A DNA stretch of 64,000 nt, from the NCBI GenBank assembly GCA_051599415.1, contig AP039702.1, forward strand, positions 1 to 64,000, given 5' to 3'. Shown here piece by piece: positions 30,275-41,769 of the stretch. Each line of letters starts with the position of its first letter. Position 1 is the first letter of the stretch. The position numbers were made by a program, and so were the translations under genes. The notes beneath the pieces were generated by a model that saw nothing but the letters and a program-made list of their open reading frames with translations, did no database searches and was not told where the DNA came from. This DNA comes from Savitreella phatthalungensis (taxonomy: Eukaryota).

Positions 30275-31118
30275 TCTTTTCTGCTCTATGTGGGATCATA
30301 TTCAGATTCCGACCTTTCTTTAGACTTTACGAGAATTATATATAGCCTTGCTGCGCTACCTTTTTGCCACTTCGTATTGGTTGCCTTGATTGAGTGTCAG
30401 TCACGTGTTGAGAATACTGCACTGCAGCTCTCTATCAAGAGTGCAGGACGAAGCATGAGTTGGGGTTTTATTGCCTGGCAGCAAGGCCGGCGCATGGGGT
30501 GAATTCTCACGAAAATCTTGGCCGTCCCTGTCTTCGCTCATAGGCACGCACCTAGACCCCCCGGATTTTCTGTCTATCGCTTTGCGCTTTCCAGGCTAGT
30601 CAACGGATGGAATGATTTTGAATCACTTTCGACAAAGTGTCCTGCATTCCTCCCGTCATAGAAGATGTCAGCGCTAGAGCGCTGTGCGCTATGTCATCAT
30701 GGCCGTGCTCACCGCGGAGCCTCGAGATCACTTATGCAAGGACGCAATTCGGTATAGATGAACGTGCAAAGATAACAGGAATACCTATTCGTCTCTGCCG
30801 AAGGACGCAAGTCCTCATTCAACGAATCTCTTGTCGACGTTGGGACTTCCAGCACATGATCTGAGTGCAACTTTCCCATCTTTTTCCTTTGGCACTTGGA
30901 CTTCAGCTCATGCGACCTCTACGCAAGCGCGAGAGACGTGATGCGAAACTTTTAAAGTTGCAAGGTCTTTGCTAGACACTTTCTGACCAGGAACACGTGA
31001 GGACACGTCTGAAACCAATTACATACACTGTATGTATACTTTACAGATGATCGCACGGCTCGTAGGCCATTGGGAACATGGCAATGATGCTCAACTTTGT
31101 CATTCACGTCTGGTGACA

Positions 31119-31856
31119 CTATAGTCCAAGACTGCTAGTGTCGCGGCTACTATTTGCAGCAATAGCAGACCAATCCAGATTGAGCCGACCCTCAACTGGC
31201 CTGTAGGCAAGCACCGCATTGCACACCTGCTCAGCAGTATCAGCGCTGACTATGATATTGCGCTGAGATCTTCCGATGAATCCAGCCTCGACCGCTTTGT
31301 CCAAGAATTCTAGGAGAGGCTTGTAAAATCCATCGACGTCGTAAAGCACGACAGGGCGAGCATGGATCCCAAGCTGATTCCATGTGACGATCTCGAAAAG
31401 TTCATCGAGCGTGCCATAGCCTCCGGGAAGAACGACGAAGCAGTCTGCAAGATCGCTCATCATACGCTTCCGCGTGTGCATTGAATCGACAACTAGAGTC
31501 CGCCCGAAGAGCTGCGGATCGAAACGATACTGCTTGTCAGCTGCCGGGCGGATGTCGAGTCCTTCCTCATTCCTCGTGCCTGGAAGCGTTTCTGCAGCGT
31601 TCCGTTCCCGCTTGACCAGCGCCGAAGGTATAATGCCGGTGACATCAGTTTCTGGATCTAGGCCAGCTTGAATAGCAGCCGAGGCGACCGCGCCCATCAG
31701 GCCAGACGAGCCCCCGCCATACACAAGTTTCCAGCGCCGGACAGCGAGCTCATGGGCTAGCTCAGTGGCTGCAGCCATGTAGCTAGGACGCGAACCAGTG
31801 GCTGACCCACAGAAGACGCACACCGTTTTTCTCTGTGCCATACCAGCTGTCGACAT
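31119..31856 (-). CDS. LOG1: LOG family phosphoribohydrolase (cytokinin-activating type)
   Basis: VCVFCGS, LVYGGG, MHTRK, PGGYGTLDE, WNQLGIH. Confidence 0.92.
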   Translation of the reverse strand: MSTAGMAQRKTVCVFCGSATGSRPSYMAAATELAHELAVRRWKLVYGGGSSGLMGAVASAAIQAGLDPETDVTGIIPSALVKRERNAAETLPGTRNEEGLDIRPAADKQYRFDPQLFGRTLVVDSMHTRKRMMSDLADCFVVLPGGYGTLDELFEIVTWNQLGIHARPVVLYDVDGFYKPLLEFLDKAVEAGFIGRSQRNIIVSADTAEQVCNAVLAYRPVEGRLNLDWSAIAANSSRDTSSLGL

Positions 31857-32886
31857 CCTTTGTATGTCAGGCGACGTCTTCCATGTATATACAGCGGCTG
31901 ATTATGGATCGGAAATGGCACAAACTACAGCACGATAGCTGACCTCGCAGGATCTCCCTGGCCTGGCTGCATCCCGCGAGTGCTTCCAAAGCGGGCAGGA
32001 GTGAGTTCACAGACGTATTTTGCAGACTGGGAATGATTGCTGGATGCTGTGCATGCATGTTCAGCGCTGGTCAGCCGATCCCCGTGTCTTACTCGTTCAA
32101 ATTGTCCATAAATAAGTTGATATACTCTGAATTGATGCATGCACGTGCCCTTTTTGGTCACTGTGGATCAATCACACATAGGACGATTGGGAAGTGCTTG
32201 AATATTTTCGATCTCTATTTCGCGGACGTCGACGGTCTGTAGAAGTGCATGATGTATTGAATCCCGCTTCCAACCATGAATTCAATGGCATTAAAGCTCC
32301 GTCCACTCGTACTACCGCTTGACACAGCATTGAAGTAGTTACAATGTTGCCGTAGACAGAAATCTTTTCTTTTGGCTCTGACGGTTCGCTGACAATACGA
32401 AAGGACGATGCGAAAGGACATGTTCACGACAAGGGGAGTGAAGCGCGGCTTCGCCATTTGAATGTCATGTTGAGCCGCATGTCGGAGTTCGGTCGATGGG
32501 TTGAAGCGCGGCAATCCACATGCCTAGACGATGATCTGCGGGAAACCACATACAAGTATGGTTCTATATTACTATTGAGACTCAGTCGAGGTTCCTTGAT
32601 TGCATGGCCGTAAGGCATCGCGGCATACAATCCTCGAGGACGTTGGAGCTCGGCGTATTCGTGCATGTTTCTGTCTGCTTAAGGCAATTGTGCTATTTCT
32701 CTCCGCAGAGCAGGATTCTTCCTGGCATTTTCTTCATTTGATCTTAGGACAGCTCGGAAATAGCGAAATCTATGGGAAACATGCCCAACGATCAATTATC
32801 CGCAAACACGTACGCGACCGTAGATCCCATTTGTCGGACTTGAAGTTATTGACCTCGGTTTCCGCAGTGCAAATAGTCTGGCAAGC

Positions 32887-34056
32887 ATGTTACTCAAGCA
32901 GTCTGCTCATAGAGCAGCTTTCGGCATCGTGAAGGCGCGAACTCGTCTCAATTTGCAGCTCTCACGACGTAACCTAGCTACTGCGCTGCATCCGGAGAAT
33001 GGTCCTCGCTCCACGGCGGCCAACAAGATCTGGACACTAGAAGAAATCGGTGCCATCTATGACAGGCCCTTGCTGGACCTCGTTTTCGACGCGGCTCTGG
33101 TGCATCGACAGAGTCAAGATGCTCACTCAATCCAGCTCTGCACCTTGCTCAACATCAAGAGTGGAGGATGCTCTGAGGACTGCTCGTATTGCTCCCAGTC
33201 TTCTCGCTACAAAACAGACTCTCCTGTGACGAAATTGATGTCGGTAGAGGACGTCCTTCTGAAGGCCCGAGAGGCCAAGGAGAATGGTTCGACACGTTTC
33301 TGTATGGGTTCAGCTTGGCGAGACATGAATGGCCGCAAGGCTAATCTCAAGCGCATCTGCGAGATGGTCACGGAGATCAAAGGGATGGGCATGGAAGTCT
33401 GCACGACATTGGGGATGCTGAATGAGGAACAGGCGCGAGACCTCAAAAGTGCTGGTCTCACTGCGTACAATCACAATATCGACACCTCAAAAGAATTTTA
33501 TCCGTCCGTAATAACGACAAGGTCTTTCGAAGAAAGGCTCGACACGATTGGTAACGTGAAGAAAGCAGGCATTAAGGTCTGTACCGGTGGCATTCTTGGA
33601 CTCGGAGAGAAGCGGGAGGACCGAATTTCATTTCTACACACACTGTCCTCACTGAGGCCGGAGTCACTGCCAATCAATGCACTTGTACCGATAGAGGGCA
33701 CACCGCTCTTTAGCCGCAAAGAGAAGCCATTACCGGTACATGAAGTTGTGAGAACGATTGCCACGGCCCGCATCCTGCTACCGAAGACCATCATACGCTT
33801 GGCAGCGGGACGCATCAATATGCCCGAGACTGATCAGGCGATGTGCTTCATGGCGGGAGCGAATGCAGTTTTCACCGGAGAGCGAATGTTGACAACCGCA
33901 TGCTCGGGATGGGACGAGGACAAAGCCATGCTCGAACGATGGGGTTTACGTGGCATGCGCTCGTTTGAGAATGACTCGCACGTTATGGATGAGAATTCTC
34001 CAGTAGATAGCAAGCAGCTCGGCTCGTCGACAGTTGGGACTACCGCCAAGGCCTAA
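32887..34056 (+). CDS. BIO2: Biotin synthase (radical SAM), mitochondrial
   Basis: CSEDCSYC, RFCMGSAWR, YNHNIDT, IRLAAGR; presequence-like N-terminus. Confidence 0.97.
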   Translation: MLLKQSAHRAAFGIVKARTRLNLQLSRRNLATALHPENGPRSTAANKIWTLEEIGAIYDRPLLDLVFDAALVHRQSQDAHSIQLCTLLNIKSGGCSEDCSYCSQSSRYKTDSPVTKLMSVEDVLLKAREAKENGSTRFCMGSAWRDMNGRKANLKRICEMVTEIKGMGMEVCTTLGMLNEEQARDLKSAGLTAYNHNIDTSKEFYPSVITTRSFEERLDTIGNVKKAGIKVCTGGILGLGEKREDRISFLHTLSSLRPESLPINALVPIEGTPLFSRKEKPLPVHEVVRTIATARILLPKTIIRLAAGRINMPETDQAMCFMAGANAVFTGERMLTTACSGWDEDKAMLERWGLRGMRSFENDSHVMDENSPVDSKQLGSSTVGTTAKA

Positions 34057-34137
34057 TGTCTTGCAAGCCTGACTGTAGCACCTGTATCGACTACCGCCGC
34101 GTGACCCTGATTACGGCCAGCGCAGACTGCAATGGGC

Positions 34138-35121
34138 TTACAGGACATTGTACAATGTTGCTGACCCGTTCATCTCAATACGAGCCTTGGCAGTAGCTTG
34201 GTCCAACGATAGGAACTCGTCAACTGCAGCTAGAATAGCACTTCCGACGTCGATAGCCTCTAGCATAGCACGTTGCAGAAGCAATGGCGTCAATGCGTGG
34301 CGTGCATCAGCTGCCAGACCCTGTACGCCTTCGCGTGCGATTTGTGAACCAATGCTTCGGAGGTAGCAAATTCGTGGTGGAAATTTGGCCTTCTCAGCCA
34401 CGCTTCCTGGACGACTGGGCACAACTCCAATAGCCTCCCGGCCGACGAGAACATGCTCTTCTTCAAAACTGGCGTCGAAGAAAGTGTTGTTCCCACAATG
34501 GTTGACGAGAAGCACAAGCGGCACTTTATTTGCGGACAGGATTGGGACTGCATGGGAAAAGTCGTCATCAACATCAAAATCGCCGAGTCCGACGTGCGAG
34601 CTTCCAGCCGCGGAGTCGAGCGCTCCGTCTTGGCCGTCTTGGCCGACAGCTGTCGTCTTGGGCAACCGTGTGTTCATGAGAGCCAGACGTGCTGCAAGAC
34701 TCGCGGCAGATAACGATGAGCTGCCATCTGTCGTACTCAGCACGATCTCCAGCTGAAGTGCCCATGCTTTGCCGTGAACAACGTGCAGCTCTTCAGAATC
34801 TATACCCCAATCTTTGCCTCCTTGTACGATATCTCCAAGGATTTCTGCCAATAGGATCGTCCCTGGATCGTCATCGCGCTCACCACGTACTTCGACATTG
34901 ACCGAGATGGTCGGTTCGCCGCTGACAACTTCGCCCTTGACAATCGCCAATAGATTGAAAGGGCCCCATTCAACTTGACACGATCCGAGACACTGTGGAA
35001 TAACGTCAATGGCGATGCTAAGCGGACGATACTCTGTCAGCCGGCGTCCATCCGGCCGGATGGGCGAGTCGGCGGCCAAAGATGTCTGCAGATACGACAA
35101 CTGTGGAAGCGACAACTGCAT
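34138..35121 (-). CDS. RRP42: Exosome RNase PH-like subunit Rrp42
   Basis: YLQTSL..PIRPDGRRLTEYRP, ALMNTRLP, DFDVDDD. Confidence 0.8.
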   Translation of the reverse strand: MQLSLPQLSYLQTSLAADSPIRPDGRRLTEYRPLSIAIDVIPQCLGSCQVEWGPFNLLAIVKGEVVSGEPTISVNVEVRGERDDDPGTILLAEILGDIVQGGKDWGIDSEELHVVHGKAWALQLEIVLSTTDGSSSLSAASLAARLALMNTRLPKTTAVGQDGQDGALDSAAGSSHVGLGDFDVDDDFSHAVPILSANKVPLVLLVNHCGNNTFFDASFEEEHVLVGREAIGVVPSRPGSVAEKAKFPPRICYLRSIGSQIAREGVQGLAADARHALTPLLLQRAMLEAIDVGSAILAAVDEFLSLDQATAKARIEMNGSATLYNVL

Positions 35122-35482
35122 TGTCTTCGTAGCCCGAGAGGAGCCGGGATGATGACAGCAGGACTAGCTCTTCAGATCTTTTGTGCCACAGGTTATAGAT
35201 ACAATGATCTGGTCAATCTCGATAAGCCATAAGATCACAATTTCGTCACACGAATCTATGTACTGCGCAACTGCTGTATCAACTGTACCATCGAATCCAT
35301 TGCAGCAAGTTTGCCGTCAAATTATGCATGCTCGCGTTACTTCCAATGGCGCTGATGCCCTACGCGCAAATTGTGCAATGCGGACACCGGCCGTAGAGCT
35401 GATTGCGCACCTTGACCTCTGCCCATAAGCTGTCTCGCCGGCGAACACTGGGAAATCAGTGGTCAACGGCGCGAACTATAGA

Positions 35483-36679
35483 ATGGTCGAGACGCGGTTG
35501 CGAAGCTCGGCAGCAGTAACAGACGTTTTGAAGGTTAGGAAGCCAAATGTCGACCGGAAGTTGGTCCCCCTCACAGCCAGCGCGCCGACGAAAACACGAT
35601 CTCATGCTACGGTTCCTCACATCAAGGCCGCCAAGCGCCGGCGATTGTCGCATTCCAGTGATGAAAGAGTAAGCAAAAGCTGGCCAGTCCCTCCACGACT
35701 ATACCCTGGCGTGCTGAATGAGGCGCTTGCGCATCTCTCGGGGGTCGATTCGCGCTTCCATGGACTCAGCGATCGTTTTGTGTGTAAACCGTGGACATCT
35801 GAGGGCCTAGCCGAGAGGCCGAATCACTTCCGCAGTCTGGCATTGGGAATCATCAGCCAGCAGGTCTCTGGAGCAGCAGCGAGGTCCATCGCACGTAAGT
35901 TCGTTGCCTTGTTCTTACCATCTAAGCAAGCTCCCCAAAATTTGTCAGGCCATGAACCAGAGAGCTTGATCGACGTAGAAATTGATCCAGAGGTCGAAGA
36001 CGGGCCGCTGAGCGCCGCAGATTCGCAGAGATCCTTGGCAGCGCCTGCTATCGATGTGCTTGAGTTTGAAGAGGCAGCTGATGATCAATCGTCTTCATCC
36101 ACCGCTATCAAGTATTTTCCAAGTCCGAGCCAGGTCGCAGCGAAGGAAGTATTATTTCTGAAATCTGCGGGCTTGTCGCTCCGCAAAGCCGAGTACATCC
36201 AAGGGCTCGCTCAAGCCTTCGCGGCCAAAAATTCCATGTTCACGGACAACTTCTTCGAATCTGCGTCAGATGAGGAGATTGTCGAAGCTTTGACGTCTCT
36301 GCGTGGCATCGGACCGTGGTCCGCAGAGATGTTTCTTATGTTTTCGCTCAAAAGACTCGACGTCGTTTCCTACGGGGACATTGGCATTCAAAGAGGCATG
36401 GCATGGTGGCTTGGCAAGAACCCTCTTAACAAGTCTTCACACGTGCCTAAGCACGAAGCCCGTGGCAAATTCAAATTTGTCAGTCAAAGAGAGATGGACG
36501 ATCTCTCTGATAGTTGGCGTCCGTTCCGCAGCATTGGCTGCTGGATGATGTGGCGGATCGACACGACGATCGAGGTACCGGCACCGACCAGCAGAGACAA
36601 AAGACTACTCGTACAAGACCTCTCGTTCTCGAAAGGACATTTCGAGAGCGAGCCTGCATGCGGCGACATCCAATTGTGA
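35483..36679 (+). CDS. MAG1: DNA-3-methyladenine glycosylase (HhH-GPD)
   Basis: IISQQVSGAAARSI, GLSLRKAEY, LRGIGPWSAEM, GDIGIQRG, WRPFRS. Confidence 0.9.
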   Translation: MVETRLRSSAAVTDVLKVRKPNVDRKLVPLTASAPTKTRSHATVPHIKAAKRRRLSHSSDERVSKSWPVPPRLYPGVLNEALAHLSGVDSRFHGLSDRFVCKPWTSEGLAERPNHFRSLALGIISQQVSGAAARSIARKFVALFLPSKQAPQNLSGHEPESLIDVEIDPEVEDGPLSAADSQRSLAAPAIDVLEFEEAADDQSSSSTAIKYFPSPSQVAAKEVLFLKSAGLSLRKAEYIQGLAQAFAAKNSMFTDNFFESASDEEIVEALTSLRGIGPWSAEMFLMFSLKRLDVVSYGDIGIQRGMAWWLGKNPLNKSSHVPKHEARGKFKFVSQREMDDLSDSWRPFRSIGCWMMWRIDTTIEVPAPTSRDKRLLVQDLSFSKGHFESEPACGDIQL

Positions 36680-36716
36680 TCAAACCTGATGATTTCGATT
36701 TACCTAGCTCTCATAA

Positions 36717-38486
36717 TCATTCTTTCCTCGAAATACTTTCGTTGCCCATGTGTTGCTTGGTATCTTGCGAAATTGTGGCGGCGACTGCATTGAGGACTGC
36801 TTGCAGGCCCGCTTTCGTCACATCATGGGATTCTGCTACTCCCCAGATTGAGCCTTCTGTCACGCTGTCGGTCCGGCGCACCTCCACAAAACAGACAGCT
36901 GTGGTCTTGTTACCTTTTCCGATCGATTGCTGATTGTAAGTCTTGATCTCTGCGTCAAACCCAAAGATATTTGTCACCGCATCGAGCAGGGACGAAAGAG
37001 GACCATTGCCAACGCCTTCGACTTCATGAACTTGCTTGAGCGCTTCTCGCCCAGCTGCGCGTATCTGACCCGTGAAGCGCTTCGAGCGTTCTTTGTCCGA
37101 AGCTTGAGCGATCTCACTGACATTATACTGCAAGAGCTCAATTGCTCGATCTTCGAGGCCATAGGCGCCCTTGAAAAGACGAACGATTTCGGATGGGAGG
37201 AGTTCCCGTCCGAGTCGCTCTGCCTCTCCCTGAACGACACGTGAAAAAGCAATCTGCAAGTTCCGTGGAAGGTCGTACTTAAGTTCGCGTTCCACGATGA
37301 AGCTTACACCTCCTTTTCCACTTTGGGAGTTGACACGGATTACAGCTTCATATGTCGCACCTAAATCCGCGGGGTCAATCGGCATATACGGGACTTTCCA
37401 ATACGGCCGCGAATCTTGTAATTTGAATCCTTTTTTGATGGCATCCTGATGAGACCCTGAAAACGCTGTGTAGACCAGATCTCCGCTGTAAGGATGACGA
37501 GGGTGGATTGGAATCTTGTTACAATCGCAACACGTTTTGATGATACGCGGCAGGTCGCTGAAGTCGAGCCCAGGACTAACACCCTGTGTGTAGAGATTGA
37601 GAGCAAGAGTAACGAGATCGACATTTCCGGTCCGCTCACCGTTGCCAAAAAGACAGCCTTCGATGCGGTCTGCACCGGCCATCTGACCGAGTTCCGAGGC
37701 TGCAACCGCACAGCCTCGGTCATTATGTGGATGAAGAGAGATGCAGACCTTTTCGCGTTCAGTGATATGGGTAGAAAAGTACTCGATCTGGTCAGCATAA
37801 ATGTTTGGCGTAGCCATTTCGACGGTGGCAGGCAAGTTGAATATGATGGGAGCCTCTGTGGAAGGCTCCCAGGCAGCCTTGACGGCCTCGCAGACCTGTA
37901 AGGCGAAATCAGGCTCCGTATCGGAAAAGGTCTCGGGCGAATATTCGAAGCGCCAATTTGTGGCCTGACATGCAGGGTCAGTCGAGTCCTTCGTGATTTC
38001 CCTTACAAGTTTGGTGCAGCGTTCCGCGAGAGCGAGTGTTTGAGTTCTGTCTGCGTTAAATACGACTTCTCTGAAACATGGCGAAGTGGCATTGTAGATG
38101 TGTATGATGGCGTTCTTGGCGCCTTTGACACTGTCGACAGTCCTACGGATGAGCTCCTCACGGCAAGGCGCCAGGACCTGAATGAAAACGTCGTCAGGCA
38201 CAGCACCAGGGGTCTCGATCAGCTTGCGCACGAAATCGAAATCGATCTGACTTGCAGAGGGGAATGCTACCTCGATCTCCTTGAAGCCGCATTCGACCAA
38301 AGTCTGGAAGTAAACCCATTTCTCGTCTCCGCTCATGGGGTCGATCAGAGACTGATTTCCATCGCGAAGGTCAGTGCTAAGCCATCGGGGAGCTTTGTCG
38401 AGCACTTTGTTTGGCCATTGGCGGTTAGTGATTGGGATTTGGCCAAATGGCTTATATTTCTGGCTAGGATCTTTCAGCATAGGCAT
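36717..38486 (-). CDS. LEU4: 2-isopropylmalate synthase
   Basis: MPMLKDPSQKY start, DLRDGNQSL, HPHNDRG, GNGERTGN, regulatory domain GNGPLSS. Confidence 0.95.
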   Translation of the reverse strand: MPMLKDPSQKYKPFGQIPITNRQWPNKVLDKAPRWLSTDLRDGNQSLIDPMSGDEKWVYFQTLVECGFKEIEVAFPSASQIDFDFVRKLIETPGAVPDDVFIQVLAPCREELIRRTVDSVKGAKNAIIHIYNATSPCFREVVFNADRTQTLALAERCTKLVREITKDSTDPACQATNWRFEYSPETFSDTEPDFALQVCEAVKAAWEPSTEAPIIFNLPATVEMATPNIYADQIEYFSTHITEREKVCISLHPHNDRGCAVAASELGQMAGADRIEGCLFGNGERTGNVDLVTLALNLYTQGVSPGLDFSDLPRIIKTCCDCNKIPIHPRHPYSGDLVYTAFSGSHQDAIKKGFKLQDSRPYWKVPYMPIDPADLGATYEAVIRVNSQSGKGGVSFIVERELKYDLPRNLQIAFSRVVQGEAERLGRELLPSEIVRLFKGAYGLEDRAIELLQYNVSEIAQASDKERSKRFTGQIRAAGREALKQVHEVEGVGNGPLSSLLDAVTNIFGFDAEIKTYNQQSIGKGNKTTAVCFVEVRRTDSVTEGSIWGVAESHDVTKAGLQAVLNAVAATISQDTKQHMGNESISRKE

Positions 38487-39044
38487 CTCTCTCGCTCGAA
38501 GGAAGTCGCAAGCGGAACGACCGATAGTTCCTGCGCAATAGTGCACAAACCGTGATGTTCTATTTCTCCATGATTTGTGGTTTTATCGTGTGCGTACCCG
38601 TACCAGTCCCAGCGGTGTACGGACTCGCGCAAAGCCTCAAATGCCCTGGCCTAGGCCTGATATGTCATGTGTTTCGAAAATTTGTGCGCCACATGTGCGC
38701 CACGGTCGAGCACAAAAATATGATCCTCCACAAACACAGGGAAGTTGTTCTGGCATTATGAGGATGTGTCGAGATACGTCCCAATCAAGCATGCGGCGAG
38801 GTGCTATAACATGTGCAGCGTTTACAAATACTCGTCTGAGCAGGCTGACAATCAGGCTGACAAGGAAATTGACGAACTCGTCTCCCGCGACCCTGTCACA
38901 GCCACATTCGAGCGTCGTCCGCGATGCGAGCAAAATCAATCAAGATCACGCAGCAAAGAACAAGCTGACAGGAATGACGATCTCATCTCGTGAGATGTGT
39001 TATTCTTCTACCTACGGAGGACTCAGTGAGGGCGAATCGTCCAC

Positions 39045-40439
39045 CTAAATTTGGTTTCCGTTCGCGATCTTCTGCTTCTTGGTGGCAGGTGCATCGCATG
39101 CGGCGTCGATGGCCTCCTGGGACACCCCAATTTGTAGTCCCGCATCGACCGCAGCTTGCTCGAGGTGGGAGCGCAGGGCTTCACCGTCGATCTGACCGAT
39201 AGCAGAGTGATAGCTTCGCAAGAGAGCGTCGACATCATCCGCTGCCAACGTCTTAACGTCTGCCATCTTCTTAATGTGCATTGTCAAGATCTTCACTTGC
39301 TCGACCGTGAGATCGAGATTGAGCTGCTCGGCCCGCGACTTGACGGCATTCCAGCCGGTCAAACGCGATCCGATGTGAACATATCGCGTCATACCGAAGT
39401 CTGTTGGATTCAAAATCTCGTACGTCGATGGATTCGCCAGAATGGCCTTGGCATGAATGCCAGCCTTGTGAGTGAAGGCGCAGTAGCCAGTCACGGGATT
39501 GTTGAATGGGATGTTGATGTCAACGGCATTCGCGACGAGATTCTCGAGCTCTCTGAGCTTATTGAGCTTGTATTTACCCATCACATATTCTTTGTCGGCC
39601 ACGTACATGCGCGCAAGGAAACCGCCAAGCGGGGTAATGCCGTTCCGCTCTCCAATTCCTAGCACGGATGTGTCAACGTGGGTGGCGCCAGCCTCGAGGG
39701 CACAATACGCATTTGCAATCGCGCAGCCGGTGTCATCGTGGAAGTGCGTCTCGATGTCGCAAGAGACAACACCTCTGAGCGTGCGGAGGAGATCATAGAC
39801 CTGACGAGGATTGGCGCAGCCGACAGTGTCGGCGACGCCAACTCGGTTCACACCGATCTTGTCAACAGCTTGGTAGATAGATAGTAAGTCAACCAGATCG
39901 GATCGGAAGGAATCTTCCGACGAGAAACGGATCTCGATATTGTGTGACTTGACGAACTCAATGACTTCCTTGGCTGCCTTCGTGATGTACGTCATATCTT
40001 TGCCGTGTGAATACTCACGCAAGAATGAGGAAGTGCCGATGACGACATCGACTCCGTCGACGCCTGTGGTAACGGCCAAACGAGCGTCATCCATGTTGCA
40101 ACGGATGTGAGTTAGCACTTTCGCTTTGAGGCCAAGCTTGCAAATTTCCATGAGATCGAGGCGTGATTGCTCAGAAGCAGCCGGAGAGGTCACCTCGATG
40201 TAATCGACACCAAAGTCATCTAGTGCTTTGGCGATCTCAATCTTCTTAGCCGTGTCGAAAAAGGCATTAGCGAATTGCTCGCCTTCTCGCAGCGTCGACT
40301 CGATGATCTTGAAATTACCGACATTGGAAAGGAAGTCGCTCGCCTTAGCGCCGTAAGGATTACTCGTTGTGCTCGCGGGCCTGCGGATAGTGTTGACAGC
40401 TGCAGGGGTCATAGAGTCATGGTCAATCGATGGAGGCAT
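39045..40439 (-). CDS. LYS21: Homocitrate synthase
   Basis: [46 protein letters not shown] 40439. Confidence 0.96.
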   Translation of the reverse strand: MPPSIDHDSMTPAAVNTIRRPASTTSNPYGAKASDFLSNVGNFKIIESTLREGEQFANAFFDTAKKIEIAKALDDFGVDYIEVTSPAASEQSRLDLMEICKLGLKAKVLTHIRCNMDDARLAVTTGVDGVDVVIGTSSFLREYSHGKDMTYITKAAKEVIEFVKSHNIEIRFSSEDSFRSDLVDLLSIYQAVDKIGVNRVGVADTVGCANPRQVYDLLRTLRGVVSCDIETHFHDDTGCAIANAYCALEAGATHVDTSVLGIGERNGITPLGGFLARMYVADKEYVMGKYKLNKLRELENLVANAVDINIPFNNPVTGYCAFTHKAGIHAKAILANPSTYEILNPTDFGMTRYVHIGSRLTGWNAVKSRAEQLNLDLTVEQVKILTMHIKKMADVKTLAADDVDALLRSYHSAIGQIDGEALRSHLEQAAVDAGLQIGVSQEAIDAACDAPATKKQKIANGNQI

Positions 40440-41769
40440 CTTCGAAGACACTAAGATCGCGCTAATGCGATTCAAAGAAAAGCGTCGACGACTTGAAAAG
40501 CCTACAGATTGATGAAAGTGTAGATCGAGTCCCTCAGCGATGAGACTACAACGAATCTACCGAAGACTAAGAAGAAGACTGTCCCGCTGGGAGGGTGTTC
40601 GCACGAGCGCATGCAAGTGACAAAGGTCGTTGCTAGAGACCTGTAGCGGAGCTGAGACGGATTCGCTGGACCAGGTGTCAGTGCGGGAAAGGAATGAGAA
40701 TATTCGAACGACCGGTCTGCAGTACGAAATTGTGACTGAAGCATGAGCTGAAATCGTGCTCGTTCAGATTCCGACAGGTGAGGGGACGGCCTCGCTGGTC
40801 TGCAGATTTAACAGCTCGATAGTCCCAAGTAGGACCAGAAAACAGAGATTGAAGAATATTTAGGGGCTTCTTAATCTCACCATTACTACTAGTATGAAGA
40901 TATACGATCAACTCGAAAGAAAGACGGTTGAAGTCATTGAAAACCGAAGAAATGCTATTCATTTTCGTCACAGGACTCAAGTATTCCGGCCAAAGCTCAA
41001 GCCCCTGCAACGGTTATGTTCCGATTTCGCTAACCGCCGTCAATTGCGCTCGAGTATGCGCTTTTGATGTCGATCATCTGACGCTGATTGAGTTGGCTGA
41101 AAATCACTTCAGTCCGCCTATCTCCCGCTCGCACAAGAGATAGACTCACGGCGCTTATCGCTGTATAATACACCATTGATGTACCGATAGACCACGACGA
41201 ATATTGCGATTGACATCTGTAGAGACCGCAGATCGTCTTTACTACGTACTGCGTCTTTCCGGTATAGTCTCATCCATGGCGCCGTTGATCCGGAATTGGG
41301 CGGACGCGGGGTGAGTCTGCCGTGTTTCCGTCAAAATCAAGTCCATCAAGTGCGTGTCTATTCGATGAAATGATCATGCAGTAACATGCCGAAAGCACAT
41401 GCCTGGATATTAGCATGATTAGTCATGTAATCAATACTGATTCGGGCGAGACATGACATTGTGTGCCGTCGCCTGTATCAAGCAGAAGCGCTTTGAGGAT
41501 GATTGTGCGAAGCTCGTACGATTCAATTCGACATGAGCAATACACGATGGAGGCATGTGTTGATATGCGTTTCATTGATGAACTCACATCGAACCACAAG
41601 AATATCGAAACCAATACGCATTCGTCGAACATGCATGATTCCACCAGAGAGATTGAGGTGATATACAAAGATTGCGCGCGAGCTAGCCCATACCGCCACT
41701 GCAAAGTTCTACGGGCTACCTTTGATCAAGCTTATCGGGCTGTCCGTGCTACTAGCCGTGTTGTGTCGG

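Noticed and set aside
41276..41497. Possible spliced mini-gene (ATG, GTGAGT donor, TACTGAT branch)
   Set aside because: Gives only about 27 aa with no recognisable similarity
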